A stretch of 64,000 nt of DNA from Myxococcota bacterium (GTDB taxonomy: Bacteria; Myxococcota_A; UBA796; JAJRTE01): NCBI GenBank assembly GCA_024278455.1, contig JAJRTE010000118.1:33521-97520 (forward strand), in the 5' to 3' direction. This document shows, piece after piece, positions 1 to 9,885 of the stretch (position 1 is its first letter; the number at the start of each line of letters is the position of its first letter). Below the pieces are notes generated by a model. It saw only the letters and a program-made list of their open reading frames with translations, did no database searches and had not been told where the DNA came from. The position numbers were made by a program, and so were the translations under genes.

Positions 1-428
1 ATTTCGACGAGTTCACGCGGATTTTCGAAGCCATGTTCGGGTCGTTCCGGTTCAGGGTCACGGCGAGGATCCCGCCGCTCGAGGGGGAGGAGTACAGGCC
101 CGATTTTTCCCGGCTCAGCGGTTCGTGGGTTGCCTACCTCCACGGTCTCAATACGGGCAACTACGTTCTCTTGCAGAAGAGTTGCGCGGGTATCAACGGT
201 TCGAAGATCATCGATGACACCAATGTGCAGGAGGTCAAGAGCCGCTACTTCCCGTATCAGAACCCAATCTACACCTTCGTGTCTCACGTGGAAGTGCGTG
301 ACCGGATCGCTCGAGCCAGGATTGCGTTGCGGGGGTTGCCTCCTGAAGGGTTTCTCATGCATGAGACCCGGGAGTTCATCAAGGAAGACGGCTACTGGCG
401 GGTGCTGCGGTTCGACAAGGTGGACTAG
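1..428 (+). CDS. Hypothetical protein, 5'-truncated (the ORF is open to the window start)
   Basis: The reading frame is open from position 3 upstream of the first ATG at 33. It ends with TAG at 426-428, 3 nt before the GTG start of the next gene. No recognisable motif. Confidence 0.4.
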   Translation, partial: FDEFTRIFEAMFGSFRFRVTARIPPLEGEEYRPDFSRLSGSWVAYLHGLNTGNYVLLQKSCAGINGSKIIDDTNVQEVKSRYFPYQNPIYTFVSHVEVRDRIARARIALRGLPPEGFLMHETREFIKEDGYWRVLRFDKVD

Positions 429-431
429 CGC

Positions 432-3400
432 GTGGCGTTCAAGGAAAGTCTGGACGTTGTCCTCAGGGACTGCAAGTTCTTGTTGAGTGCGAGCCAACTG
501 GAGGTGCTTCTGCCGGGGGTGCGAAGCTACCTTCCGCCCCTGACCGCGATTCGTTTCGCCGACAAGGGTGCTCCACGATTCGTGTGGGGGTTCCCCGTAA
601 TCCACGGCCGGCGCTTGATCGAAGCGCTGTGCCAGTTCGTCGGACAGGAAGAGCAGAAGTACCTCGAGGACTCCAACTACCAGGAGAATCTCAGGCTCCT
701 GACACCGGCACAACTGAAAGAGGAGCCCTATTTCAAGGTCCTTTCACACCATCTCCTCGAGACGCTCGCCGAGGGTGCGTTTCTGAAGCTCGATAGCGTT
801 CTCTGGATCTACCTCGCCGACCTCGTCTGCCGGCGTCTCAACCAGGATGAAGTGCTGGCCGCCATCATCAAGCAGCTTCACCCCAACGAGCACGCCAAGC
901 TCAACGCGCTCGAGGCGGACATGAGCCGGCTTCGATACAGCAATCCGCAGGGCTTTGCCGATGTGCGCAACCGCGTGCTCAGGAGCCTGTTCGCGCGGAA
1001 CGACTTTGCCAACAGTTCGATGAAGGAGGTGTTCGACGAAGTACCGAGCAACCTCCTGAACCGCGAGATGATCGCCAACCGCCTGGTCTACACGGAGCGC
1101 CCGGAACCGATCTACCGTTCATTGGAAGTCGACGAGGCGTTCTTGATCAAGGGCTACAGGCTGCCCGCATCGACCTTCTCGGGCGTCAACCGTATCCTGC
1201 GCATGGTGATCGTGGGCATGCTGGAGCGCGCGCGGACCGGCAACATGCTGCCCCTGGATCTCTATTTCCTTACTTCGTTCGTCGATGGTCAGGTTCGGGA
1301 CAAGGCTCTTCGGCTTCCTTCGCAAGGCACGGGATTCCAGAAACAGAACGCCGCGAATCCTCGAGCACTGGAAGAAGCCGAGGAACGCGAGCGGATTGCC
1401 TATCTCTTGTCTCTCCAGGAGGAGCCCTCCCGCTACCTCCTCAACCACCTGCCGCTCCATGACCGGGAATACGTCAGGCCGATCGAGAAGGCGGTGAGCC
1501 GGCTCAGCCTCACGTCCCGCGATAGTGTCAAGAAGTTGAGAAACAAGACCGCTGCGGCAGAACTCGCATCCCAGTACGCGGAAGCTGTCAGAGACATTCT
1601 GCGATGGGACCTGTTCCAGGCACTCAAGTCGAGGTTGCGCTGGGTTTTTCCCAAAGATGGCACGTTCTACTGCGACAACCGCCCGCTGACCCCTTCCACG
1701 ATACCTCTCAACCTGGACAGCTTCTACGAGGTCTATGCCCGTTCGCGCCGTGGCACGGCCGTGTTCATCGATCTCGTGGGGTTCACCAACCGCACCAAGG
1801 CACTCACTCGAGAACTCCAGGAAGCGGCAACGCGAGGGGACAAGGAACGCTACACCCTCTCCTCGGTATCGCTGGCGATCCAGAGGGTGTTCTCCGTTCG
1901 AAACCACATCGAAGAGTTCGGCGGCATACCCCAGGGGTTCGAAGGCGACGCCATCCTCGACACCTTTCCTCGAGCCATCGATGCGCTGCGTTACGTGTCC
2001 GCTTTCGCAGACAACTACTCGAAAAACCGCTATATCCGATTCCGCCCCTTCGAACGGCCCATCGAGAATCCATACAAGGAAGGTTTCCGTGTCGGCCTCG
2101 CCAGCGGCGATTACTCACTGATTTCGATCGTCGGCCGCACGAACGACCTTCAGGGCGAAAAGTCCACCGACCGGGCCGTGGGCCACACGATCAATCGCGC
2201 GTCCCGGCTGAATTCCGGCAAGAAGGGCGAGAAGATCTTCCTCTCCAGTGACGATACCGAGCGCGAGGAGGAGGTGCCCGACCCGCTCAACCTGTTCAAG
2301 GTTCATGTGACGGACAACCAGGAACTCCACAACGACGGCATTGCAAGCTTCGAGGACACCTTCCTCGAGCTGAAGCGGCACGTTAAGTCGGAGTCCATGC
2401 CCTGGTACGAGCCTCGTTCCGGACGAGGAAGCACCATTGCCGGTGTGACGCCCAAGTTCAGAAACTACACGTTCGAGTTCATATTCGAAGACCCCAGGTT
2501 GAAACGGATCTGTCTCATCCGCAGGTTGCCTCGTTCGCCCGTCTTGAAGGGGCTCGAGGATGAAGTCGTGACGGTGTTCGAGTACCTGCTCTTCGAGATC
2601 GACGACTTCCTGGCGCTCGTAAAAAAAGATGCGGCGATTGCCCCGCGTCCTACCGCGCGCCCCGCTCCATCGCGGAGGGTTCACCCGCTGGAGCGTCGTT
2701 CGGAAGGCGCGGAACAGCCTGAGCTGGAGATGTCGGCCGAGGGGCTTCCACAATCCCCGTTCCAATGGGAAGACGCCGTTGCAGATCCCGCACAGTTTCT
2801 CGCCGCCAACCCCGGGTTGTCGCTCGACGACGTGCTGGGTGGTCCGGAGGCAGTCAGGGAAACGGTCGAAACGCAGATGCAAACGGCTGGCGGCGAAGGA
2901 GTCGCCGCGGCTCCGGGTGAGGGGATTGGAGGAAATCGTATTGACATCTCAGCCGTTTCGGTGACCTCCGGGTCGCTCGACGATGACCATCTCGACGATG
3001 GCGACGGAGCGCAGACCGCTTCGAGCTTGGAGCACGACTTCCGGCGCGGGCAGTTGTACCAGGAGGAGCACGGACTGGATGGCGACCGGGGGACGGCAGA
3101 GGAGGCTTCGAAAGGAGATGCCATTTCTCAGTCGTTCAGGGAGCGACTGCTGTCACAGGAGCCGTCTTCGGCATTCGGTGCGCTCTCGAGCACCGCGCCC
3201 ATCTCGGGCAGCCCTGTGGGGGGAGTTGCGTACCTCGGCACACAGGAGGAAGCAGGGAGCCTCTTCGAGGAGGCTCCGGGCGACGGGGGTGGGTCGGCGC
3301 CGGATTTCACCACCGGTCTGGCTCTTGGCGAGGGGGGTCAGGCACTGCATGCCGGCGGAAGCGCCCGCCTCGACGGGCACACGGACATCTCCACGCAGGA

Positions 3401-3824
3401 ACCGATCCGGCCTGGCGAGGGGCGGAACGTATTGGCGTCTCGAGCAGACACCGTGGGCGTGCCGTCGCAGGGAGCCCGCATCCCCGAGCCGGCCGCGAAT
3501 ACGATCAAGCCTGTACCGAAAGCGGTCGTCCTGGCCTGGCGGGGCCCCAGGGAGACCAGGCCCGCCGTGGATCCGCCGGACGCCGCGGGACGGAGACGCT
3601 TCCCACGGGGCGCGGGCGCGAGCGCGCAGGGAGTGGACCCACTGGAGTCTCGCGTGGGTGGCTACGTCTTCTCCGCCATCATGACGGGTGGGAAGACCAG
3701 GACGCGCCGTATCGTCATCGGGAAGACCGGTGACGGCAAGCTCGAGGATGTTCATATCTATCCGGCACCGGCCCACAAGATGGCCCCCTGGGTGCTCGAT
3801 CGACCGTTCACTGCGTTCCTTTAA
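432..3824 (+). CDS. Large multidomain protein with a class III adenylate/guanylate cyclase catalytic domain, an N-terminal domain of about 450 aa of unknown function, and a low-complexity C-terminal tail of about 400 aa
   Basis: 1130-aa ORF with a GTG start. Cyclase motifs are present: VFIDLVGFT (metal-binding Asp), GFEGDAILDTF, and VGHTINRASRLNS (Asn/Arg transition-state residues). The C-terminal 400 aa is rich in A/G/P/E/D (disordered). Confidence 0.65.
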   Translation: MAFKESLDVVLRDCKFLLSASQLEVLLPGVRSYLPPLTAIRFADKGAPRFVWGFPVIHGRRLIEALCQFVGQEEQKYLEDSNYQENLRLLTPAQLKEEPYFKVLSHHLLETLAEGAFLKLDSVLWIYLADLVCRRLNQDEVLAAIIKQLHPNEHAKLNALEADMSRLRYSNPQGFADVRNRVLRSLFARNDFANSSMKEVFDEVPSNLLNREMIANRLVYTERPEPIYRSLEVDEAFLIKGYRLPASTFSGVNRILRMVIVGMLERARTGNMLPLDLYFLTSFVDGQVRDKALRLPSQGTGFQKQNAANPRALEEAEERERIAYLLSLQEEPSRYLLNHLPLHDREYVRPIEKAVSRLSLTSRDSVKKLRNKTAAAELASQYAEAVRDILRWDLFQALKSRLRWVFPKDGTFYCDNRPLTPSTIPLNLDSFYEVYARSRRGTAVFIDLVGFTNRTKALTRELQEAATRGDKERYTLSSVSLAIQRVFSVRNHIEEFGGIPQGFEGDAILDTFPRAIDALRYVSAFADNYSKNRYIRFRPFERPIENPYKEGFRVGLASGDYSLISIVGRTNDLQGEKSTDRAVGHTINRASRLNSGKKGEKIFLSSDDTEREEEVPDPLNLFKVHVTDNQELHNDGIASFEDTFLELKRHVKSESMPWYEPRSGRGSTIAGVTPKFRNYTFEFIFEDPRLKRICLIRRLPRSPVLKGLEDEVVTVFEYLLFEIDDFLALVKKDAAIAPRPTARPAPSRRVHPLERRSEGAEQPELEMSAEGLPQSPFQWEDAVADPAQFLAANPGLSLDDVLGGPEAVRETVETQMQTAGGEGVAAAPGEGIGGNRIDISAVSVTSGSLDDDHLDDGDGAQTASSLEHDFRRGQLYQEEHGLDGDRGTAEEASKGDAISQSFRERLLSQEPSSAFGALSSTAPISGSPVGGVAYLGTQEEAGSLFEEAPGDGGGSAPDFTTGLALGEGGQALHAGGSARLDGHTDISTQEPIRPGEGRNVLASRADTVGVPSQGARIPEPAANTIKPVPKAVVLAWRGPRETRPAVDPPDAAGRRRFPRGAGASAQGVDPLESRVGGYVFSAIMTGGKTRTRRIVIGKTGDGKLEDVHIYPAPAHKMAPWVLDRPFTAFL

Positions 3825-4036
3825 GACAGAATGCAGGAGGGTGACCAGCCTTCGGGGAGCACGCGCGTGGTCCCTCCCGCCATCCTTTCGACCATGATGC
3901 CGTTGCCCGTCCTCTACGTGATGCGGCTTCTCAAGAGGAAAAGCCGTGCCGAAGAGAGTTGAGGCAGGGAGCGGGAGGCCGGAACGCGGGTCGGCTGCGT
4001 GTACACGGGCGCGTTCTCTCGCGACTTCCGGTTTGC

Positions 4037-4065
4037 TTGCATCTCCCGGGCTATCGCGCTAGAAT
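4037..4065 (+). promoter_or_regulatory. Putative sigma70-type promoter (TTGCAT, 17 nt spacer, TAGAAT) for the OMP gene
   Basis: -35 TTGCAT at 4037-4042, 17-nt spacer, -10 TAGAAT at 4060-4065. A GGGGG Shine-Dalgarno lies 7 nt before the ATG at 4102. Confidence 0.3.
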
Positions 4066-4101
4066 CCCCACGATCGCGTTTCATCCGGCCAAGGGGGTAG
4101 T

Positions 4102-4917
4102 ATGTGGCACTCCGGACGCTGGGCACGCTGGCTCGTACTGACGGCGGTGGTCCTGTGCATACCTGGTAGCGGTGGTGCGGCCGCGGCTGGCGGAGCGAGA
4201 ACAGGGGGGGGCGACGCCCCCATCTGGTGGCTCGGATTCCAGTTGCGAGCCATCACCGACGGTGCTCCTCCTGCGACGGCATCCAACACCATGGACGCGT
4301 ACAAGGACCTTGACAGTATGCACTTCGATTGGGGCGGCGGGATAGCGTTCCCGGTGGGCGTCAACCTCTACCGAGGACTGGGAATGCGGATATCGCTGGC
4401 ACTCGCCTATTCCGGGGATCCTCCGTTCGACAAGGCCGTCGCGCAGATCTCCTTCCTGGAGCAGCAAGCCTCGGGGGCCTGGTCGGACCGCCAGTACCGT
4501 ACTCGCCCCGCTTTTTTCGTCGGCGGAGCCCTCATCACCGACGTCCAGTACATGTTCCCCCTGCTCTTCGGCGCCATCAAGCCCTACCTCGGACTGGGCC
4601 CCGGTCTGTATCTGAATTACGTGTTCACAGATATCACTCAGGACGAATACGCGCTGCTTGCCAACGAGTACAACGACCCGAACGACGACACCAACATCGA
4701 TCCCTATTCGGTGAATCTCGAGCCCGGGTTTGACGCCTACCTCGGGCTGAACTTCCTGGTCTCGGGCGGGATGCATTTGAACTTCGAGGTCCAGTACGAC
4801 GTGGCGCGTTTCCGCGAAGCGCCCCTGTTGAAAGCCACCGACGAGGCCGACGCGCGTCGCGCGGCATACACCTATTCGACGATCACCATGAGCACCGGTC
4901 TGACATTCAACTTTTGA
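4102..4917 (+). CDS. Outer-membrane beta-barrel protein (OmpA-like/porin family)
   Basis: N-terminal signal peptide (LVLTAVVLCIPGSGGAAAAG), alternating amphipathic beta-strand pattern, C-terminal ...GLTFNF ending in Phe (OMP sorting signal). Confidence 0.6.
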   Translation: MWHSGRWARWLVLTAVVLCIPGSGGAAAAGGARTGGGDAPIWWLGFQLRAITDGAPPATASNTMDAYKDLDSMHFDWGGGIAFPVGVNLYRGLGMRISLALAYSGDPPFDKAVAQISFLEQQASGAWSDRQYRTRPAFFVGGALITDVQYMFPLLFGAIKPYLGLGPGLYLNYVFTDITQDEYALLANEYNDPNDDTNIDPYSVNLEPGFDAYLGLNFLVSGGMHLNFEVQYDVARFREAPLLKATDEADARRAAYTYSTITMSTGLTFNF

Positions 4918-4932
4918 AGAAAGGCTTGTCGT

Positions 4933-5454
4933 ATGCGTATCTATCGCGCACAGATTCCACGGATAGCGACGGACATCATCGCGACGCTCAGGAAAGACAA
5001 CGACATCGAGGTCTCGGACGCCAACGTCGGCGAAGCCGAACTGGACATCGCAGCCATCCTGGAGCAGTACCGCAAGACGGAACTCCGTATCACGGACAAG
5101 GCCAAGGACCTGCTCGAATCGCGAGGGCTCACGCACGCCGACTTGGGACGCGTGAGACGTGAACTGTGCGAGCGGTACCAACATCCAACCGGAGATGACG
5201 GGATCGCCTGGGTGATCGGGCAGATCGTCGAGTGTTTCATGCTCTCCCGGTTCGTCGACGAAGTCTACTCGGATGACAACGTGCTCCGAAAGAAGGTCAA
5301 AACCGTTCTCACGCGGCACCTCGTCGATGATGCGAAGCTGGACGCCGAGGTGAGATCCCGTATCAAGAACCTCCAGGAGGGGACCTCCGCATGGCACATC
5401 CAGTACCAGAAGGTCATGCAGGAGGTCCGGCGCAAGCACGGTCTCGTGCAATAG
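4933..5454 (+). CDS. Hypothetical protein, DUF507-like
   Basis: 173-aa ORF 13 nt after the OMP stop. Charged helical protein with the MRIYRAQIPRIATDIIATL N-terminus typical of DUF507. Family assignment is from memory only. Confidence 0.45.
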   Translation: MRIYRAQIPRIATDIIATLRKDNDIEVSDANVGEAELDIAAILEQYRKTELRITDKAKDLLESRGLTHADLGRVRRELCERYQHPTGDDGIAWVIGQIVECFMLSRFVDEVYSDDNVLRKKVKTVLTRHLVDDAKLDAEVRSRIKNLQEGTSAWHIQYQKVMQEVRRKHGLVQ

Positions 5455-5759
5455 ACAATCAATCTCCTCGTTCAGTCCGTCCGGACTCCGATGGCGCCTG
5501 GCTGGAAGGTCACCTGTTTCCCGGGCGGCCTGTCTGCTCGGCCTTCGTCCGGATGGCCCGCGTGCATTCTCAAGATTGAAATCGAAGATGTCCTTCAGGC
5601 AAAACGGAAGCGTGGGCTTTCGGAGTTCGGGGAGGAAGAGGGGAGTGACGAGGGCACGACAATTCGGTTGCCGGAGAGCGACGCCGGGTGTATCTTCGTG
5701 TGATTCGATTGGCGCAGCCATGCACTGTGGAGAGTCTACCGAGCGAAAGGAGCAGGTTG

Positions 5760-6095
5760 ATGTCAAAGACAACAGACAAAGTGATGCACGTGACAGATGC
5801 AACATTCGACGACGAGGTGATCAAGAGCGAGGTACCGGTGCTCGTCGATTTCTGGGCAACGTGGTGTGGGCCGTGTCACATGGTCGCCCCCATCGTCAGT
5901 GATCTCTCGGTGACCCATGAAGGCAAGCTGAAAGTGGCGAAGGTTGACGTCGACGCTTGCCAGAAGACGGCGATCCGGTTCAACATTCGGAGCATTCCCA
6001 CGTTGTTGCTTTTCAAGGACGGCCGGGTCGTTGATCAGATCGTGGGTGCACAGCCCAAGGCGAAGATCGTTGCCGCGGTCGACAGGGCCTTATGA
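5760..6095 (+). CDS. trxA: Thioredoxin
   Basis: WCGPC active-site motif. Sequence VLVDFWATWCGPCHMVAPI ... KVDVDACQKTAIRFNIRSIPTLLLFKDG. The start is chosen at MSKTTDKVMHV within the longer ORF 5688..6095. Confidence 0.9.
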   Translation: MSKTTDKVMHVTDATFDDEVIKSEVPVLVDFWATWCGPCHMVAPIVSDLSVTHEGKLKVAKVDVDACQKTAIRFNIRSIPTLLLFKDGRVVDQIVGAQPKAKIVAAVDRAL

Positions 6096-6190
6096 TGGGC
6101 CTTGCGCGTCCCATGTCCGCATGCCGGCGCGCCTGCGGGTGGACGTCGCTTCCCTCCGGCGGCCGTTCCTGAATCCAGCCCCACCACGTT

Positions 6191-7292
6191 TCAGAACATG
6201 TAGCGGCGCATGCTGATGTTCAGGAGCAATCCAACCATCAGGTGAATTGTCAGGATAGATGATCCCCCGTAGCTCATGAGGGGCAGGGTGATACCTGTCA
6301 CGGGAAGCAGTCCCAGGACAGCACCCATGTTGACCAGGATCTGAAGGAAGATGGCACACACGATCCCGGTGGCCAGGATGGCTCCAAAGCGCTCCTTGGC
6401 CTGGCCCGCCACCCTGAGCCCCAGTACGAGAAGGGCGAGGAACAGGGTGAGTACGACGAGGCATCCCACGAATCCCCATTCCTCGGCAAGGACCGTGATG
6501 ACGAAGTCTGTGTGGTTCTCCGGGATAAAGCCCTGGTGGGTCTGCATTCCTTTGAGGTAGCCGCTCCCAAGCAGTTGTCCGGCCCCGATGGCATACCGTG
6601 CCTGGAGAATCTGGTATCCCTTGCCCAGGGGATCTCCCGCCGGATCGAGCAGGGCTACCACTCGGTTGCGCTGATAGTCCGTCAGTGCCACGGTGTATAC
6701 CACGGGAAGCGAGACGGCGACCACGATTGCCAGGATCAGGATGGAACGCCAGCGGAGGTTGACCGCGAACGCGACAGCCACGAACAGCATGACGTAGAAT
6801 GCTGCCGTGCCCAGGTCGGGAGACAGGTAGATCAAGGTCACCATGGGGACGAGAAGCATGGTGGGTTTTGCCAGGTCTCGAAGGCGATATCCTCCCACCA
6901 TCACGTGGGAGTGGAAGTATTTGGCCAAGACGATGACAAGAAGGAGTTTGCCGAATTCCGACGGTTGCATGGAGAAGGGGCCGAGGTCTATCCAGCGCCG
7001 GGCGCCCGATATGACGCGGCCCGTGATGAGTGGTACCGTCAACAGGAGGATACCGAGCCCATACAGGGGATAGGCGAGTCGCTCGTATACCCGGTAGTCC
7101 AGCACAGTCATGGCCAGCATCGCGATGACGGACAGCGCTACGAAGGCGACCTGCGAGAAGAAGACGGTCGAAGTGCCTCCCTGACCCTCTTGTTGAACCG
7201 CGCTGTAGAGATTGATCAGCCCAACCGCGTCCAGAATCAGGACTATCAACAGAATCGTCCAGTTGAAGTGAGCGAGGAGTCTGCGGTCCACG
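6191..7292 (-). CDS. rodA: Rod shape-determining protein RodA (SEDS family, FtsW/RodA)
   Basis: Polytopic membrane protein with SEDS motifs. Lies immediately downstream of PBP2 on the same strand. A GTG start at about 7290-7292 directly follows the mrdA stop. Confidence 0.85.
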
Positions 7293-7296
7293 GTAC

Positions 7297-9347
7297 TAGT
7301 CCTGGGGCGGCGAGGCGTCTGCCACGGCGACAACCGATTCGGCGCCGGGGCGGGCAGGCTGCACCGCGCGGGCCTGCCGGTCTCCTGGAACAGGCAACTC
7401 CCCACGGTCGAAGAACGTGCGCATGACTTCTCGAGCGATGGGCGCTGCCACGGCTCCTCCGTGACCCCCGTGTTCGACAATGACGGAGACGACGATTTCA
7501 GGGTTTTCGGCCGGAGCGTAGGCCGTGAACAGCGCATGGTCCCGGAAAGCTCTTTTGGGCTTCTTGCCCTGGTCCGCGTGGTCCTTGCGCACGACCTGGG
7601 CCGTCCCGGTCTTGCCCGCGACCCGGATGCCCTTGAGCTTGCTGCGCCGGGCGGTCCCGGAAGGATCCTCGAGAACGCCCAACATCGCCGACTGGATCAC
7701 GCCCAGGGTGGCCGGGTCCACCGGGATTCTACCGACTTCCTCCGGCTGGCTCTGCTTGATGACCCGGCCATCCACCGTCTGGATGCGCTCCACGACATAG
7801 GGGCGCATGAGCCGGCCTCCGTTCGCCAGTGCCGAGGTGTAGCGCGCCAGTTGCAGAGGCGTGACAAGGTTGTACCCTTGCCCGATGGTCGCGGACACGG
7901 TGTCCCCGATCACCCACGGTTGCCGGACCACGCGGAGCTTCCACACTTCGCTGGGGACGAGACCGGGCTTCTCCTCGTTCAGGCCCAGGCCGGTGGGCGC
8001 TCCCAGGCCGAAGGCGCGCGCGTATTTGGCGATCCTCGCAACGCCCAGCTTGGCCCCGATGGCGTAGAAGTACACGTCGCACGATTCCACCAGCGCCCTG
8101 CGAATATCCACGTAGCCGTGACCTCCCCTCTTGTGACAACGGAACTTCCGCCCCCCTATCTTGATGTAGCCCGGACAGTAGACGGTCGTCGCGGTCGTGA
8201 CCACACCTTCCGCCAGCGCAGCCAGGGCGGGAATCATCTTGAACGTCGATCCTGGAGGGTACTGGCCCCGGAGCGCCTTGTCTTCCAGTGGATGTTCCGG
8301 GTTCGTCCGAAGAGTCTCCCATGCCTCCCGGGATATGCCTCGAGCGAAGATCTCTGGATCGAAAGTCGGATTGTTGAACATCGCGAGAATCCGACCTGTG
8401 CCTGGTTCCATGGCCACGACGGAGCCCACGTGGCCTTCCATCAGTTCGCGGACCCTTCGCTGCAGTTCGAGGTCGATCGTGAGGACGAGGTCGTTTCCGG
8501 GGGAAGCGGGCCGGCCTCTTCGTGTAAGGTGTGCCAACATCGATCGCGCATACGCTTCCCCGTCCTCCCCTTCGGCGGGCGTCACCATCCGTCCGGTCGC
8601 GTCCTCCAGGACGTAGTAGACCCCGTCTTCGCCCTTCAGATAGGGTTCGTACTGTTTCTCGATGCCGTACTTGCCGACGAAGTCTCCTATTTCGTAGTAG
8701 TCTTCGCCCTTGGTGGCCCCATACAACTCACGGAGATGCTCCAGCTCTGAACTGTTCACCTCGCCCAGGTACCCCACAAGGTGACTAAAAAGATCTCCGT
8801 GCGTGTACGTCCGTTTCTGGCCCACCTGGATGGCCACCCCCGGCAGCTCAATCCGGTGGGCCTCGATCGCGGCCATCTCGTCTCGAGAGACATCCGGCTT
8901 GATCACGACCGGCTTGTAACGGGCCCTTCCCGTTGCGCTCTTGAAGCGCTCGACGACCGACTGGGCCGGGATGTGCAGCAAACGGGACAGCGCCTTGGCG
9001 ATGGCACCGATATCCAGGGCGGCGCCGTCGAGGCCCGGACTTGGGCCGGCGACAGCCGGCGCGTGCCGTCGAATCAGGTTCGGCCGGATGACCACGTCGA
9101 AAGACGGGCGGACATCGGCGATTCGGTTTCCGTGGCGATCGAAGATGATGCCTCTGGGCGCCGCGATTTCCCTGGCCTTGAAGGAGTTTCTGGCTGCGTA
9201 CCGAACGTAGTAGTCGCCCCTGACGAGTTGGAGATAAGAGAAACGGCAGGCGATGACGACGAACCCGGCGACCATGAAGGCGACAAGCCACTTCAGGCGC
9301 GGCTGAAACTCGCGATTATGTCCTTCGAAGTCGATGATGGGGGCCAT
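7297..9347 (-). CDS. mrdA: Penicillin-binding protein 2 (peptidoglycan D,D-transpeptidase MrdA)
   Basis: N-terminal TM anchor, dimerisation domain, transpeptidase SxxK motif (STFK), context with mreCD and rodA. The start is at MAPIIDFEG within the longer ORF. Confidence 0.85.
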
Positions 9348-9366
9348 GCTGACCTTTGGAACGCGG

Positions 9367-9885
9367 CTAGGCCGAAACCTGTATCGTCCCTGTCCGGCGG
9401 GCGAGGGACGACTCGACTCGAGACAACAGGGGAAACAGTAGCAGGACCACTGCCGCGCTGCTGGCAGCTCGAGCCACCACACTGGCCGGGGTGAATTCCA
9501 GGGGAGACGGGATCGAAGCGAGTCTCCCCAGCCCCGCGGCCCCGGCCTCGATCAAGACGCTGAGCATGGCAACCAGGAGCATCTGCACGGCACGGGTCTG
9601 CAAGAGCAATCTCATCCCGAGCAACCGGACGAGGAAAAACAGGCAGACATAGAGAAACAGGTAGGTCCCGAACGGCCGTCCCGAAAACAGGTCCACCAGG
9701 TATCCATACGACAAGGCCAACCCCGCGCCATTCACCTTGCCCCGGCGTATGCCCGCGTACACCAGGATGATCAACAGCATGTCCGGCTGCAGAATACTGT
9801 AGGTAGTATAGCTCACCACGGTCGATTGCAAGACCAAAATGAGCCATCCGACACCGAGGAGCAGAAAGAAGGTGCGAAGACTCAT
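9367..9885 (-). CDS. mreD: Rod shape-determining protein MreD
   Basis: Small polytopic membrane protein between mreC and mrdA. Its ATG overlaps the mreC stop (ATGA). Confidence 0.7.
   Translation of the reverse strand: MSLRTFFLLLGVGWLILVLQSTVVSYTTYSILQPDMLLIILVYAGIRRGKVNGAGLALSYGYLVDLFSGRPFGTYLFLYVCLFFLVRLLGMRLLLQTRAVQMLLVAMLSVLIEAGAAGLGRLASIPSPLEFTPASVVARAASSAAVVLLLFPLLSRVESSLARRTGTIQVSA

Noticed and set aside
1119-3776. Several long antisense or alternate-frame ORFs (for example 1119-1907 -, 2115-2882 -, 3153-3776 -) inside the cyclase gene
   Set aside because: They lie within a gene with clear catalytic motifs. Translations are Arg/Pro/Gly-rich with no motifs. High GC suppresses stop codons in all frames.
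4081-5805. 574-aa minus-strand ORF
   Set aside because: It lies antisense to the well-supported OMP and DUF507-like genes. It has low-complexity R/P/G-rich translation, which is typical of a GC-rich open frame.
6096-6190. Possible bidirectional terminator between the convergent trxA and rodA genes
   Set aside because: Only short GC palindromes (gccggcgcgcc) and no stem plus U-tract. Intrinsic terminators are hard to call in this GC-rich context.
7461-8750. 429-aa plus-strand ORF antisense to mrdA, and similar antisense ORFs across the tmk-holB, accD, folC, M4 protease and propeller genes (12633-13925 -, 13183-14646 -, 26669-28435 +, 36486-37169 +, 41798-42815 -)
   Set aside because: Each is antisense to a gene with strong family motifs. 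None has a recognisable domain, and the amino-acid composition is typical of an antisense GC-rich frame.
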